Origin: Anthoceros angustus
Taxonomy: Eukaryota; Plantae; Anthocerotophyta
Direction of reading: 5' to 3'
DNA: 64,000 nt
Assembly (NCBI GenBank): GCA_010909165.1
Contig: MU008229.1
Location: 1 to 64,000, forward strand
Shown here: piece by piece, positions 37,967-49,997 of the stretch
Layout: each line of letters begins with the position of its first letter
Position numbering within the stretch: position 1 is the stretch's first letter
Position numbers and translations under genes: made by a program
The notes under the pieces: generated by a model
Seen by the model: the letters and a program-made list of their open reading frames with translations, nothing else
The model's database searches: none
Told to the model about the DNA's origin: nothing

Positions 37967-38520
37967 TTTATCCTATCAGAGAGGAAGAACGAATGAAGCA
38001 CAAGCGAGTGTAGAATGCTATCACAAAGGAACAAAGCACCGAGAGGAACAAAACGTATGTAGAATAGGAAAAAATAAAGTACAAACGTGTGTAGAATGCT
38101 ATCCGAAAAGGAACAAAGAGCATTGATAGGAACACACCACATGCACAATGTATACAAAGCGCGTTGATAGGAACAAAGCGTATGCAGAATAAGATGAAGC
38201 GTGCTGATAGGAACAAAGAATATGCAGAATAAGAACAAAGCGTGCTGATAGGAATAAAGCATGTACAAATAGGAACAAAGCGCGGTAATAGGAACAAAAC
38301 ATGCTAATAGGAACAAAGCTTATGCAAAGTAGGAAGGAAGCGCGCTGACGGGGACAAAACATATGTAGCATAGGAATAAAGCATATACAGCATAAGAACA
38401 GAGCATATGCAAAGTAAGAATGAAGCGCACTGATGGGGACAAAACATATGCAGCATAGGAACAAAGCGTATGCAGCATAAGAACAAAGTGTATGCTATTT
38501 ATCCTATCAGAGAGAACAAG
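37967..38520. repeat. Degenerate minisatellite of about 20-22 bp, bounded by a 17-bp direct repeat
   Basis: ATAGGAACAAAGCGTATGCAG-like units, roughly two dozen. TTTATCCTATCAGAGAG occurs at both ends (about 37967 and 38498). Confidence 0.8.
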
Positions 38521-38547
38521 ATGTCACCCATCACTAACTTTCCTACT

Positions 38548-39170
38548 TTTTTTTTTTTTTTTTGCATGTAGCAGGCGGTGCGGGAGGCGGGTGCGGGCAG
38601 GCGGTCGAGCAGGCGTTGCGGGAGCGGCGGCGGCGGCAGTGGTGCGGGGCAGCGGGCGGGCAGGCGGTGCCAGCAGTAGCAGGCAGCGGCCCGCGTAGCG
38701 GACGCAGGCGCGGGAGGCGGGAGCGCGGCAGGAGGCGGGGGCGCGGGGCGTGCGTGGGAGCGAGCAGGGGTGGTGCATGACAGCGGGCCAGCGCGGAGTG
38801 GCGTTGGTGGAAACGATGGCGGATGCGGCGGGCGGGGCGCGTCTTGGGAGGTAGCAGGCGTGCGGAGCGAGCCAGTCAGCGAGCGCGGGGCGCGCGTGAG
38901 GAGAGTGGGCGCGGAGGCGTTGTGCAGGAGTGGGAGGCGCGGCAGGTGCGGGCGGGGCGCTGCGGTGCGGCGTCTGGGCGCGTTGCGGTGTGCGGCGGGG
39001 CGTGGTGGTGGGGCGAGGAGCGGGCGGGGGCTGACGGCAGGTGGGCGAGCGAGGACTCGGGTCCCGGTTGCCTCGGGAAGTCTGCAGGGCGAAGGTGGGG
39101 CCAGCCTGTGGGCGGGGTGTGCGGAGGTAGGGTGGGCAAGGCGGCTGGAGTCGGGCAAATGGTGCAGAGG
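38548..39170. other. Poly(T) tract followed by a very G/C-rich, strand-skewed low-complexity segment
   Basis: T-run at about 38548-38563, then GCGG/GGGCG-rich DNA whose ORFs are only low-complexity. Confidence 0.7.
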
Positions 39171-39585
39171 GCCCCGATTACCTCTGACTTCAAAGACGGT
39201 GCCAGGCTCGGCTAGTCTGATACGTGCATGTGTTCTTTGCATGGTGGCGGTGGGAATTTATTTTTCCTGTATTTTGTTAAGGTTCTTTCCGTTGGTGGTG
39301 GATTTCACTTGACTTTTGGTTGCTGAGTTACCAAGTCACGCTAGTTTGGTGGGTCGGCAGTGGTTATATGGGTTGCAATCCCTTTAGACAGGGCTCTTTG
39401 GCCGGCCTTTTGGGGTTCGCCATATGGAGCTCACACTCCGTATGTTCGGTAAAGGCTGGGGTCGTTTTGTCTCTGGTCCTCGGTACCTCCTTGGCCCTGT
39501 CACCCTCCGACTAGCGTTTGCAAGCTCTTTTTGTACCCTACCCAATGGGGCGGTCCACACCTTCTGTGACTATCAAGGACACTCC

Positions 39586-42500
39586 CCCTACTAGAAAAGG
39601 GCAGTCATGTTACACTTTATGTTAAGATTTGGACCCCCCTTTGTTGCAATTATGTTGAAATCTTGGGGTCTTGTTACACTTTTGGGACCCCTTGTTACAG
39701 TTAGGTTTGAAAACCGACCCTCCACCTTGTTACAGTCATGTTACAGTCTTGTTGCAATGTAGTGAGAGGTGGTATGTGTCCCCTCTCAAAATTTCAACAT
39801 AATTGCAACAACCAAAGTGTTACATCGTCTGTCGTTACAGTTTCGCAGGCTTGGTACCAAACCTCCTCCCCATCTACCTTAACCCTTGCTATTTTTACTC
39901 TCGTATTTTGCCTGTGCCATTATTGTTATATGTATACTGGGATGTACTTGTGTTTTACGTGTATGCTTTCATTACCGTATTTTCCGAGGTGATTATTTCA
40001 ATACCTCTATGTGAGCTTCTACGTATTTTGCTCGTGTACTTTTGTGCCATATTTCCGTACTCATATTCGCAATACGCTCACCCGGCCGTCTTCGTATTTT
40101 ACGTGTAGTTTTCTACACCGTATTCTATGCAATATCTTATACGTCACCCGTGTATGGTGCATTTGTATGCGTCACTCGTATAACGTTTGTATACTTTCAA
40201 ACCCATACAGTCCAAAAATATGACAATATTTTAATGCACGATACACATGCCAGTTCATTCAACCATCCACAATTGTGTTCTAGCTCACTCCTTTTTGCCG
40301 CTGCGGGAGTGAAGTGGAAGTTGTGGTGTGGATTCTCAGCTCCTTGGCCTGTGCATGGTACATGCCATGCCTACTCTACATCGTAGGCAGCTATTGGAAA
40401 CTATTGGCCTTCCGGACGGCTTGTGATTTTGGCCTTCCCCTTCCTCTTCCATTTTGCGGCCATTTTCCTGCCATTTTCCTGTTGTCATGTGCATGCGTTT
40501 CTCCCCGTGTGGTATTGGAATTTTGCAATCACAGCCATGCACATGCCATACAAATGGCTCTTGGCCTATAAGCAGAGAGAAATTGCTAGCTGGAAAATTG
40601 CAATTTGCATGCTCACCTTGGCCGCCTTGTCTCTTATTTGTTTCCGCCCATTTCCTAACAACGATTTTGTGCTTGTCAACGTCCTCTCCATCAGCGCAGC
40701 CCTCGAGGGCTGAGCTGAGCCCTCATGGATAATACGGGTGAGCTTTCTCTTGCTTTCCTCTTCCGGCCTCCTCCCTTCTCCACAACGTGTGTCACCTTTG
40801 CCGGAGCACCGCTATGTCGGTCCATGCTCTCAGCCTGAGACTCCACCAGGTGTGTATTTGATACAAAATTCGGCACGGGCTGGTGTTCCTCTTCCTGGAC
40901 CTCCTTGTTCTCTTGAGTCCTCCTCATCACCATGCCGTAACGCCGTCAGCCCACCAAGTATCTGCTTATCGAATCCCCTGGACAAATGCCTCATCGCTAT
41001 ACCTCGCCTTTCTTGTCCTCCATTTATTAGCGGCCTCATTTCTTAATTGCATTAGGCTCACATGTTCATCCCCTCACCCACGCTCCTCTCGAGCGGTCTT
41101 CACATTTACACATCACATGCTTGATGTTCCCTACACACATAGATTACATCTCGCACTTTGATAGATACTGCCATTCCCTGCCTATGTACCTGGCCCCCTG
41201 CTATCAAGAGACAACACATACCTTTCACTTACTGGTGACGCTGCACTCCCCAAGCTGTTTTCGTTATCCACTTTTTTGCCCCTCTCGACACATCCTCCTT
41301 GTCCCTCCCTCAAGCAACATGACCATCGCCCGTTCTTGCCCCAACAACGCTGGTTTATGGTGTTGCTAGGACAACTACATCATTGCCCTCGCTATCCTCC
41401 ACGGTGTCATCCATATTGCCTCTGCCTATCCTGTGACTACCATGCGATGGCCCCACCCTTTTAGCTGGGCCATAGCCTCTGCGCACTCCCCTAGTCTCAC
41501 GATTCGATTACAGGCTAGGTGGATGAGGAGGATGAGGAGGATGAGGAGGATGAGGAGGATGAGGAGGATGAGGAGGATGAGGAGGATAGCCCAGTCGAGC
41601 AACCCTCCTCATCATCCCCACCTTTCTACGGCCTCCTATCGCTGGTGCCGTTGCAAATACCTCACGACTGTGATGTGTTTGCCGGCTGCATACGATCCTT
41701 GCCCACCTCCGTCTCAAACCATTTCCCTGTTCTTGTTGTACCATATTTTCACGTTTTGCCTCCTTGCGCGCAACCACCTTCCTCCGCATGAGGGTCGATT
41801 CAAACTTGTCCAGAGACATTGAAGGCCTGAAATTTGAAATTCAGCCATCCATGGCTTGCATGGTGAATGTGAATAATGGCGGAAAGCAGTGACAATTCCT
41901 GCCATCATTGTTGCTTGCCCCCCTCCCCCAATCACTGCCTTCCCTTGACCATAGATCCGTGCGACATTGATTCCAAGCCGCGTGACATTGGTTACAACGT
42001 AACCAATGTGTATTGCCTGCATTTAGGGTACATTATACTATTTAGTGACTGATTATCATTAAATATATCGTGCAAACAAGACAATAGCCCCTAAGCCCGT
42101 CCTACTCCGTAGTTCTCCGAATACGTCACTAGTCCATACACGTCACTACCCCAACTACAACCTCTACTATGTGCCACCGTCCATGAGCCTTACTCCTCCA
42201 TCCCCGAGCGTGTGGGAACAACAACTCCTAATCTATGTTATCCTCCATCGCCTCCGGATCGATGCAATCGGATTATCCGCGATGGCCATACAAATGGGCC
42301 ATCGATGGAGCGCAACAAATGCAATGCCTCTTCATGTTTACACGTCAATCCATGTACGCGTCTCCAATGATGGTCCGGTTCCACTTGGTAACACTCATAC
42401 CAACGAACTTCAACGATACAGTTTATACTTCTTCCCAAAATGTCATGAACGGAGGCTGCGCTTGGTGATAATAGTACTGGCTGCTTCCCGTAGTGCGAAG

Positions 42501-43718
42501 AGCGCAGCTATATAGTGTCCGGCACTTCAAAAACTCCAAACCCCGGTTTCCCCTAACTGGCGGTCGAGTATTGCTTGCTCCTTATAATCATCACAAACCC
42601 ACGGTCCGCTTTTAACATGTGAGGTTGGGGCTGTACCTTCCACTGATCCGAGTACCACCTCCAAGGTTTGTGTAGCACAAGGCCAATGTTGTTTTCCACA
42701 ATAACACCAATCTCCTCTTGGTCCACCCGTAAAGCTTCCCACCATAAAAACTCCCTTGATGTCACATAAGGCTCAAGTTCAGAAGACCGTCCTTTAGATG
42801 AGCAACGGACAAAGGGGTGCTATGACAACCTAGCTGAAGGAGAAACGGGATGGAAGGTTGCACCTATCATGCCCAATCCTCTGAGTGTTAATCTCCAGAA
42901 TACCCAATCATAATGTGTAGGTGCGTTGGTCTTATGGAGGAGGCCGGAGTCGATAAGGTGTCACGTGTTGATTCCCCGGTCACCGCGATTTTGCAATTGG
43001 ACATGATCGGGAGGCAAGCCGGACGATGTATTCATGTATGTCGTATGATACATATAAAATATGCATGTGCCATGAAAAACAACGATACACTGGTGCACCA
43101 TGCAGTACATAGTATACATGCAACTTGTACGTAAATAAATAAAATACAGCGATTGCAATTCACACATACGTATCTATACATCATATATTTACGGAAATGT
43201 GTATATATATATATGACATATACAACATAGATAACCTACAATTATCTTCTACATGTATGTATGGCATAAGGCTCAAAAAATTAGGCTTCAACCCATGAAT
43301 AGCTATGGTCAAGCAAAAATATTAATAAAGAAAATGGTGAAGTTATGAGGTAGGGGGAAAGGTGAGAGTTGCTTGTCCATGTTGGGGAGGGTGCAATGAA
43401 GAGGGCAAGGTGAAACATAAACAAATACTTCTCCAAAGGGGGTGTAATAAAGAGGGAGGTGATGATAGGGAGAGAGATCCTTGTTGTTACACTCATGTTG
43501 CAATTGCATGTGGGAAATCATAAACAATGCTTGTGAGAGAGGAGGTGTAGTTATGAGGGTGAGGTGGTAAGAGAGAGAGCCAGGTTTGTGTTAAGATGGT
43601 GGCACTACATGGGGAAAGAAGTGACAAACTTAATACCGAGCCTCCAAAGCATGTTGCAATTTAGAAGTGTGACATAAAAATGTAACAACGATTGTAACAT
43701 AGGCTGCCTTTTCTAGGG
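39586..43718. mobile_element. Complete non-autonomous CACTA-like DNA transposon with CCCTA termini and a 3-bp TSD
   Basis: Left end CCCTACTAGAAAAGGGCAGTCATGTTACA; right end (reverse complement) CCCTAGAAAAGGCAGCCTATGTTACA. TCC at 39583-39585 and at 43719-43721. Many TGTTACA/TGTTGCAA subterminal repeats. No intact transposase ORF. Confidence 0.8.
41521..41588. repeat. (GAGGAGGAT)n 9-bp tandem repeat, about 7 copies
   Basis: Seen directly inside the CCCTA element. Confidence 0.9.
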
Positions 43719-43721
43719 TCC

Positions 43722-44870
43722 TGCCTGCCGTCAGTGCTCAACTCGCTACTATGATCAAAGGGTGAAAACCCATATCGGGCACATGCATAAAGATTTCACT
43801 GACTACTTGGGGCATCCAAGGCACATTGCGACCTCCTCCAGCCTGCAGCAGTGCTCCGGCCCGTATCGTCCTCCCACAGATGCCTCTCTCTTGGGAATGG
43901 TCATGGGTCACTGATCACATCCTTGGGATGTTTGAAACCCGCGCATGACCGCGGGTTTCAAACATGACAGCGCATCTTCCGCAGGCTTCCCCGCCACCTT
44001 ACTGATGATGCCTGTTTGGTGTTCCCTAGAACGAGCTTGCTAGGTGCCTTCTCCTGCTTCTCCCGCGGTGGTGTCTTCAATATACTAGGCTGGGGCTTGG
44101 GGCATCGGATTGCCAGCCGTTCTAGCGCGGCACGGGAGTGACTAGGCGTCCTTCCAGGAGGAGGCTCTACGTGCTGCCAAGGCTCAGGCGAAATCCGCAT
44201 AGCAGTTGGAACAAATCCCGGGTAATGCAACAAACCCAAGGCTGCTACAGTTGCTTGGCCGGGTGAATATGCTCATTGCCAGTGGCTCTTCAACCTCCTC
44301 ACTCCCAAGGTAAAACTACCCAATCCGGGTGGGTGTCAAGGCATGCCTGCATGCCAAACACCATAGACTCGCAATCCCCTGGAGTGGCAATGCCAAATTG
44401 TAGGGGTTTGAGGTACTGCTGGAGGAGGGAGCAGCACTGAAGGGCTATAGTACGGCTAAGGAGCCGCATGAAGGCTTCCCCAACTGCGAGTGGACGTACG
44501 CCAGAGCCCGGGGCAAGCTTGTCCGGAAGAGCTCCTGCGTATCCATACATCCACAACTTTAGCATTGGAGTCCACACAACATTCTCTGCATCTAGCTCCC
44601 TAGCCTGAGTGAAAAACCATTCCAACAACAGCACGAGAGAAAGTGTTAGCGGGCCCTATCTTGTCAGCCACCTCGTACACTTCCTTGACGGTGTAGTATC
44701 GCCCCTTCCTACCGTGCACCGCTTGTTGTACCTTCATGCATAGCGCATATGGTAATGCCTGCAAGTACTTCTCTGCAGCCAGTCGATCACTCATGATCTT
44801 AGTGTCACGTACCAACTGGTCGATTCTTTGGTAAGCCATCTTCGAAGTCTTACTAATAAACGCGGAAGCG
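43722..44870 (-). mobile_element. Degenerate gag-like retroelement remnant, interrupted by a non-LTR RT fragment
   Basis: ORF 44600-44839 (AAEKYLQALPYALCMKVQQAV...YTVKEVYEVADKI) is gag-like, with Cys-containing fragments downstream. Confidence 0.4.
44299..44634 (-). mobile_element. Reverse transcriptase fragment of a CRE-like non-LTR retrotransposon
   Basis: PGSGVRPLAVGEAFMRLLSR...YLKPLQFGIATPGDCESMV fits the RPIAVGE...PLQFGV signature of CRE/SLACS-type RTs. Confidence 0.75.
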
Positions 44871-45686
44871 TGCTTATGCGAAATAAGAAGAATTAATTAT
44901 GAAAGAGCAAGAAGTGTGTCTTAAATACAAAATTGAAGTGTTTGTTGGGTTAACTAAGTAACCTTGAGTTACCTAATATAAACTATGTTGGGTTATACTC
45001 TAACATCCCCACTAAACCAAACATGGTTTACACAGCCTAAGGACTAGAGAAGGCATCATTAGCTATTCAATAGTCGCACTACGCTCCAACTACTCTTCCG
45101 CCAAGGTACATCACATGGTGCTCATGGCAGCGCTCCTATTAAGTTGTGCATGCTTCCTGCTCGGAGGTGCAGTAACACGCGTGAGGATGAAGACGCGATC
45201 AGGAGCGACTCACAGCGCCGACGCCGCATCCACAATGTCCAAGGATGAAGAGAGAGGCCGTGAGGGAGAACAGGGCATCCCGCGGCTCGAGAGTACTCGG
45301 TAGCGCCCGGCCTGATTGAGTGGCACCTCTGGCAGTTCCTGCCTGGCCTCCTCGCAACCCTATCAATCACCCATTGATAGAGCTGGAATCTTCTGATTCC
45401 TCCAAAGCAACCAGGCCCAGCTTGACAGACTTGGACCCAATACTCCACGGATGAGGAAGTGGAGAGCGCTCCTCATCGCAGAGGCAGAACTCTCGGAGGA
45501 CCTTCCACTCCTCCGTGCAACCGTGGAAGCTGCCTCACGCTTTGCGAAATGGAGAAGCGGACGTGAAGAGGACGAGGTGGCTGGCGCGTAGTGGCTATGG
45601 TTGAAGAGACCGCTGAAAGGCTGCCGCCCGGCCGAGTAACCTTTGGCGACGTGGAAGTAAACAGGAGGACTGGTTATCTGCCCTGC

Positions 45687-47690
45687 CTATCTATTCCGCA
45701 AAATCTGAATGCCTAAGCAGAACTGGAGTTCACCTTGGTCAGTCATTTCAAATTCCTGTCTAAGCATGTTTTTAAATTTGTCTAACTGCCCTGCGTTGTA
45801 TGTCAACACACAATCATCGACATACAACGCAAGGATGACAAAGAGAGCTCCTGTGGCTAAGAAGAAGACATTAGTGTCAGCAGGACTTTGAAGAAAACCA
45901 AGCTTTCGAAGGTACTTCATAATTCGCTTATACCAAGCCCTCGGGCTTTGCTTTAGCCCGTAGATGGTTTTTAGCAGTTTACATACCTTCTTCACCCATT
46001 GCTTACTAACAAACCCTTTGGGCTGTTCCATGTACAGGGTTTCCTCAAGCTCTCCGTGGAGAAAAGCGATGCACACATCCATTTGGTGGATCTCCAAGTC
46101 ATACTCAGCAGCCATGGCCAACAAAATCTGAATGGACGGGGGCTTGACTACTGGAGAAAAGGTATCCCCGTAATCTATCCCTGGAATTTGACTGAAGCCC
46201 CTAGCTACTAACTTGGACTTGTACCTAGCGATAGTTCTATCTGATTTTAGCTTTGTTTTGAATACCCATTTGCAACTAATGGGTTTCCTTCCGGCTGGCA
46301 GATCGATAAGTTCCCAGGTGTTGTTCTTTATAAGGGAAGCATACTCCTCATTGATTGAAGTTCGCCAATGTGGGCCATCAGGCCCATTGATAGCTTCATC
46401 ATATGTTTGGGGATCCGGCCTCATATCAGGAACTTTAAAATCAGTAACATGAGCTTGAGCTCTTCAGAAGTCAACAGAAACATATAGAGGTTCATCCCAC
46501 TGCTCACGTGGTCGTCTGTCCCTTGTAGGATAACGTGGAGGCTCCGCAAGAGCTTGGGCACCATAAGTACCAATATCAGAAACATCGGTTTCATCATTAC
46601 TGCTCAACAATGAGCCGGTTGAGTTAAACACAAATCACATAGCATACAACAACATCTTCAGCGACTGACACCTTCAGAGTCTGAAGCTCCAAGAATGAGA
46701 TCTCCATGTATGTCGAAAAAGTTCTGGACAATCGGCTCATTATCTTCTGCAAGACCTATATCGTCGATAAAAGAGGAGGGGATCATTTCATCGAGTCGGA
46801 TATTGGTGATTGCGATTTAATGGCACTGAATAACGTGCTCCTGCTGCAGGGAAGACAGGTGCTAAACTTGAAGGTTCATTCTCACGAACATCTGATTGTG
46901 TCTGGTCAGTATCATCAACCATGTGTGAAAGGCCCCTAAATCAGCAGCTGGAGAGTTTCTAGGTATGGTCAACTCATCAAATGTCACACTTCGTGTCAGG
47001 ATAACACGCTGAGTTGATGGTTCATAAAGCTTGTAGGCTTTAGACACTTCCGAATAACCAAGAAACAAGTATGACTTGGCCCTGTTATCTAACTTGCATC
47101 GTCGTTGTTTAGGCACGTAAGCATAGGCTGGTGAACCGAAGACCCTCAAGTGCAGGAGACTTGGCTTCTTTTTCCAGAATGCTTCATAGGGAGTTTTACC
47201 AGGTACAGAGGTGGTTAAGACTTTGTTCAGAATATATGCTGCTGTAGTGAGGGCTTCTGCCCAATATTGCTTATGCAACCCTGTCCATTCCAGCATGCTT
47301 CTGGTCATCCCCATAAGTGTCTGATTTTTATGTTCAGCAACACCGTTCTGTTGCTGGGTATAAGGAACCGATAGCTGACATATAATTCCATGTGCCTGAA
47401 ACAGGACCTCAAACTTGTTCCCAATGAATTCGCTACCATTGTCAGTGCGAAAGCATTTCACAAGATTGCCAGTCTGTCTTTGCACCATAGGGATCCAGGA
47501 TTCAATACACTCGAAGGCATCACTTTTGAGGCGAAGTGGGAAAACCCACGATGCCTTGTGCGCCATTAATCTCCAATTAATCCGACAATTGCAACCTGGC
47601 ACTTTTGTGAACCCTAGTGAACAACCCGTTACCTTCTTGGTTGTCAGCTGCACGGGAAAGGTTAACACTTGCTCTCCCTGCACCTAGCTA
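45687..47690 (-). mobile_element. Ty1/copia pol remnant (integrase and RVT_2 reverse transcriptase), truncated
   Basis: Integrase FRTDNGSEF...QQNGVAEHKNQTL...YWAEA...GKTPYEAF...LRVFGSPAYAYVP; RT NNTWELIDLPAGRKPISCKWVFK...MDVCIAFLHGELEETLYMEQPKGF...LYVDD. A PPT-like AGTGGGGA followed by TGTTAG lies at about 45007 on the minus strand. Confidence 0.92.
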
Positions 47691-47733
47691 TGTAACGATG
47701 TAAGCGCAGCGCCGGATGCTTACCAGCAGCGTT

Positions 47734-47931
47734 CTTATGTCCAGTCGGCCTAAGATAGAGTTAGCTCTTATGTCCAGTCGGCCTAAGATAGAGTTAGCTC
47801 TTATGTCCAGTCGGCCTAAGATAGAGTTAGCTCTTATGTCCAGTCGGCCTAAGATAGAGTTAGCTCTTATGTCCAGTCGGCCTAAGATAGAGTTAGCTCT
47901 TATGTCCAGTCGGCCTAAGATAGAGTTAGCT
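47734..47931. repeat. Perfect 33-bp tandem repeat, 6 copies
   Basis: CTTATGTCCAGTCGGCCTAAGATAGAGTTAGCT x6. All units are identical with no spacers, so this is not CRISPR. Confidence 0.95.
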
Positions 47932-47969
47932 CGACCACATACCAAATGCGGTCATCTACATATGCACCT

Positions 47970-48049
47970 ACTATGAAATGGTATGTATCTCTAGATTATC
48001 TAGATTTCAACTATGAAATGGTATGTATCTCTAGATTATCTAGATTTCA
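47970..48049. repeat. 40-bp tandem duplication
   Basis: ACTATGAAATGGTATGTATCTCTAGATTATCTAGATTTCA x2. Confidence 0.9.
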
Positions 48050-48416
48050 ACTTCTTGGTACGCTTGACATTAAAAGAATGAATTTTTTTTTGGTTAAGCG
48101 GAAACATTTCTTGTTGGGGCGCTGTATGAAGTTAACCCCAGAACGACGGCCGTTTCTGAACTACTTTTCAGGAAATAAAAGTTATAAAAATTAATTTAAC
48201 TTAATATTTTAAATTTCAAAAAATTATGACCATTGTTTTCCAGGCGAATCTATATTAGAATATGCTTGATACTATTACCAGCTCAAAAGGCTATGGTGAT
48301 TGAGACACTTACCAGTAAGCCGTTTCATACCCTCGGAGCGTCTCAAATTGAGACGTTCCGTCGTTTAGGGTTACCTGTGGAATTTTTTCATCTCGGCACA
48401 TCATCCTCAAATACCT

Positions 48417-49630
48417 TCATTCTCTAATTTGTGCACGAAGCTCCTTCCTGTTCTCCAAAACCTGCTCGCCCTTCTTCAAAGCCGGGGCACCCAGGTCCGC
48501 ACACGCCTGCAGGAGGCTCGAAAATGACAGGCTTCGGGACATCTGCACCACCAGAGTTCTTCCATGGCACTGTAGAGTTGAAGGACTTTCAGGCCCATGC
48601 TCGGCCGTGTATATCCTGCCAGTATGGCATTCCACGTCTACATTTTTGGAACCACATCTGATGACCCATGAGACTTTCGGTTCATAGACGGGTGGTTGTG
48701 GCCAACAGTTTGGCAAACATGGACAGAAGTCTGGGAGTTTGGAAGATGCTAAGAGTGTGTTTGACGGTCTTTTGGTGAAAGAGAGGAGGCGACATGGACA
48801 GTGCCCGGGGACTTTGCCGACTAGATACTATAGTTCACTGGGCAGCTCGAACAGAGAGAATGGTAGATATGGGTATGGGTTCACCTGAGATGTCACGTCT
48901 CTATACCCCTCAACACCGGGCTTCCATTTTCTCTTGCAGTAGTAAAGATGTAGGAGATTCCATGCTCGAAGTCGGGGTCCTTGCAGAAAATCATTCGGAC
49001 CATGGGTGTCACACAGGATCTGTTCGTGAAGCTGCTCCCCCTACGCAGGGCTGTCATGCTGGCTTGAGAGGCCATGGAAGTAACGTTGTCGCCTGCAAAT
49101 TCCTGATGGATGGTTCCAGGGGCTTCTCCACCAACCCTATACTGTGCATATGCTGGCATCTCTCCAGATAGTGCTGGTGGCAAACTGTCAAACACGGTCC
49201 GAGAAGCCTCATAAGCTCCAACATTTTGCATGGCACAGAAATATTGCCAACGAATGTGTTGTCCTCGTCAGCATTGGCCAACAAATCTGCATTGGCATCC
49301 TTGCAGGTGGTAATGCAAAAAGCACGGCTGCATCACTGTGTTTCTCACACTCGGTGTTGCCCCAGCCTAGTTTTGGCCAACCAATATTCAAAATTGCTGT
49401 AACCATACTTATGAAAGAGTCTCATGGGCAGGAGTCTGAGTGGTAGGACAAAAGCTCCTCACCTGTGAGTTCTGGGGCAGACAAATTTGCAGCAATGTCA
49501 TCTGTGCTGGTGGTGGAAGAGAAACCAAACAGGTCCCTCTGGTGGCATCGACAGCCTTTCCTCCTCAGAACCTAAAATTGGCTCCCCTCAGCCCCGCCTA
49601 CCTCAGCTCCTCTTCCTTGCTGAACTGAGT
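48417..49630 (-). pseudogene. Degenerate PLS-class PPR gene fragments
   Basis: Broken motifs DNTFVGN..., YEASRTVFDSLP, DNVTS and SFSSLLQACADLGAPALKKGEQV on the minus strand; VANSLANM/KSGSLEDAKSVFDG on the plus strand at about 48700-48770. Confidence 0.65.
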
Positions 49631-49997
49631 TGATGGTGTCAAACCTAAACTCTTGGTTCCACAACTTAGAGAGTGTGGAAAGAATCGGAAAGAGGGGAAG
49701 CGGCTCCCAGCAAGGGCCCCTTCCTTCTTACCGGCATGTTCTTGCAGGTTCACACTCTTTCATCTCTTGCTTTCATAACAAGGCCAACACTGCCTTCGAA
49801 AGCTCTCAATTCCAGCCACGTCCAACTCGGAAACAGAGGAGTGCTGCTCGCCCACTAAAGCAGTCTGATGCCCTGATGATTTTAAAAGGGCATCGCAGCT
49901 TCATTGCCACTTCTGGCTTCGAACGGAATAATGTACACTGCTTCAAGGAATCAAGCACTTTCTGGCAGAGCCCACCCCTTTGCGTTCGGCTCTGTAC

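Noticed and set aside
37967-38520. Repeat-spacer (CRISPR-like) pattern
   Set aside because: The core is only about 9 nt and degenerate, and the linkers resemble each other; it fits a minisatellite.
38499-39312. Long Arg/Gly/Pro/Ala ORFs on both strands
   Set aside because: A by-product of extreme GC content; no domain or splice structure.
44943-45007. TGTT...AACA segment as the full copia LTR
   Set aside because: Only about 65 bp, with no matching second LTR in the window.
47734-47931. CRISPR-like array
   Set aside because: Units are identical and contiguous with no unique spacers, the context is eukaryotic, and there are no cas genes.
47688-47976. ORFs with RANSILGRLDI or MSSRPKIELAL repeats
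   Set aside because: They arise because the 33-bp unit is divisible by 3 and stop-free; no evidence of coding.
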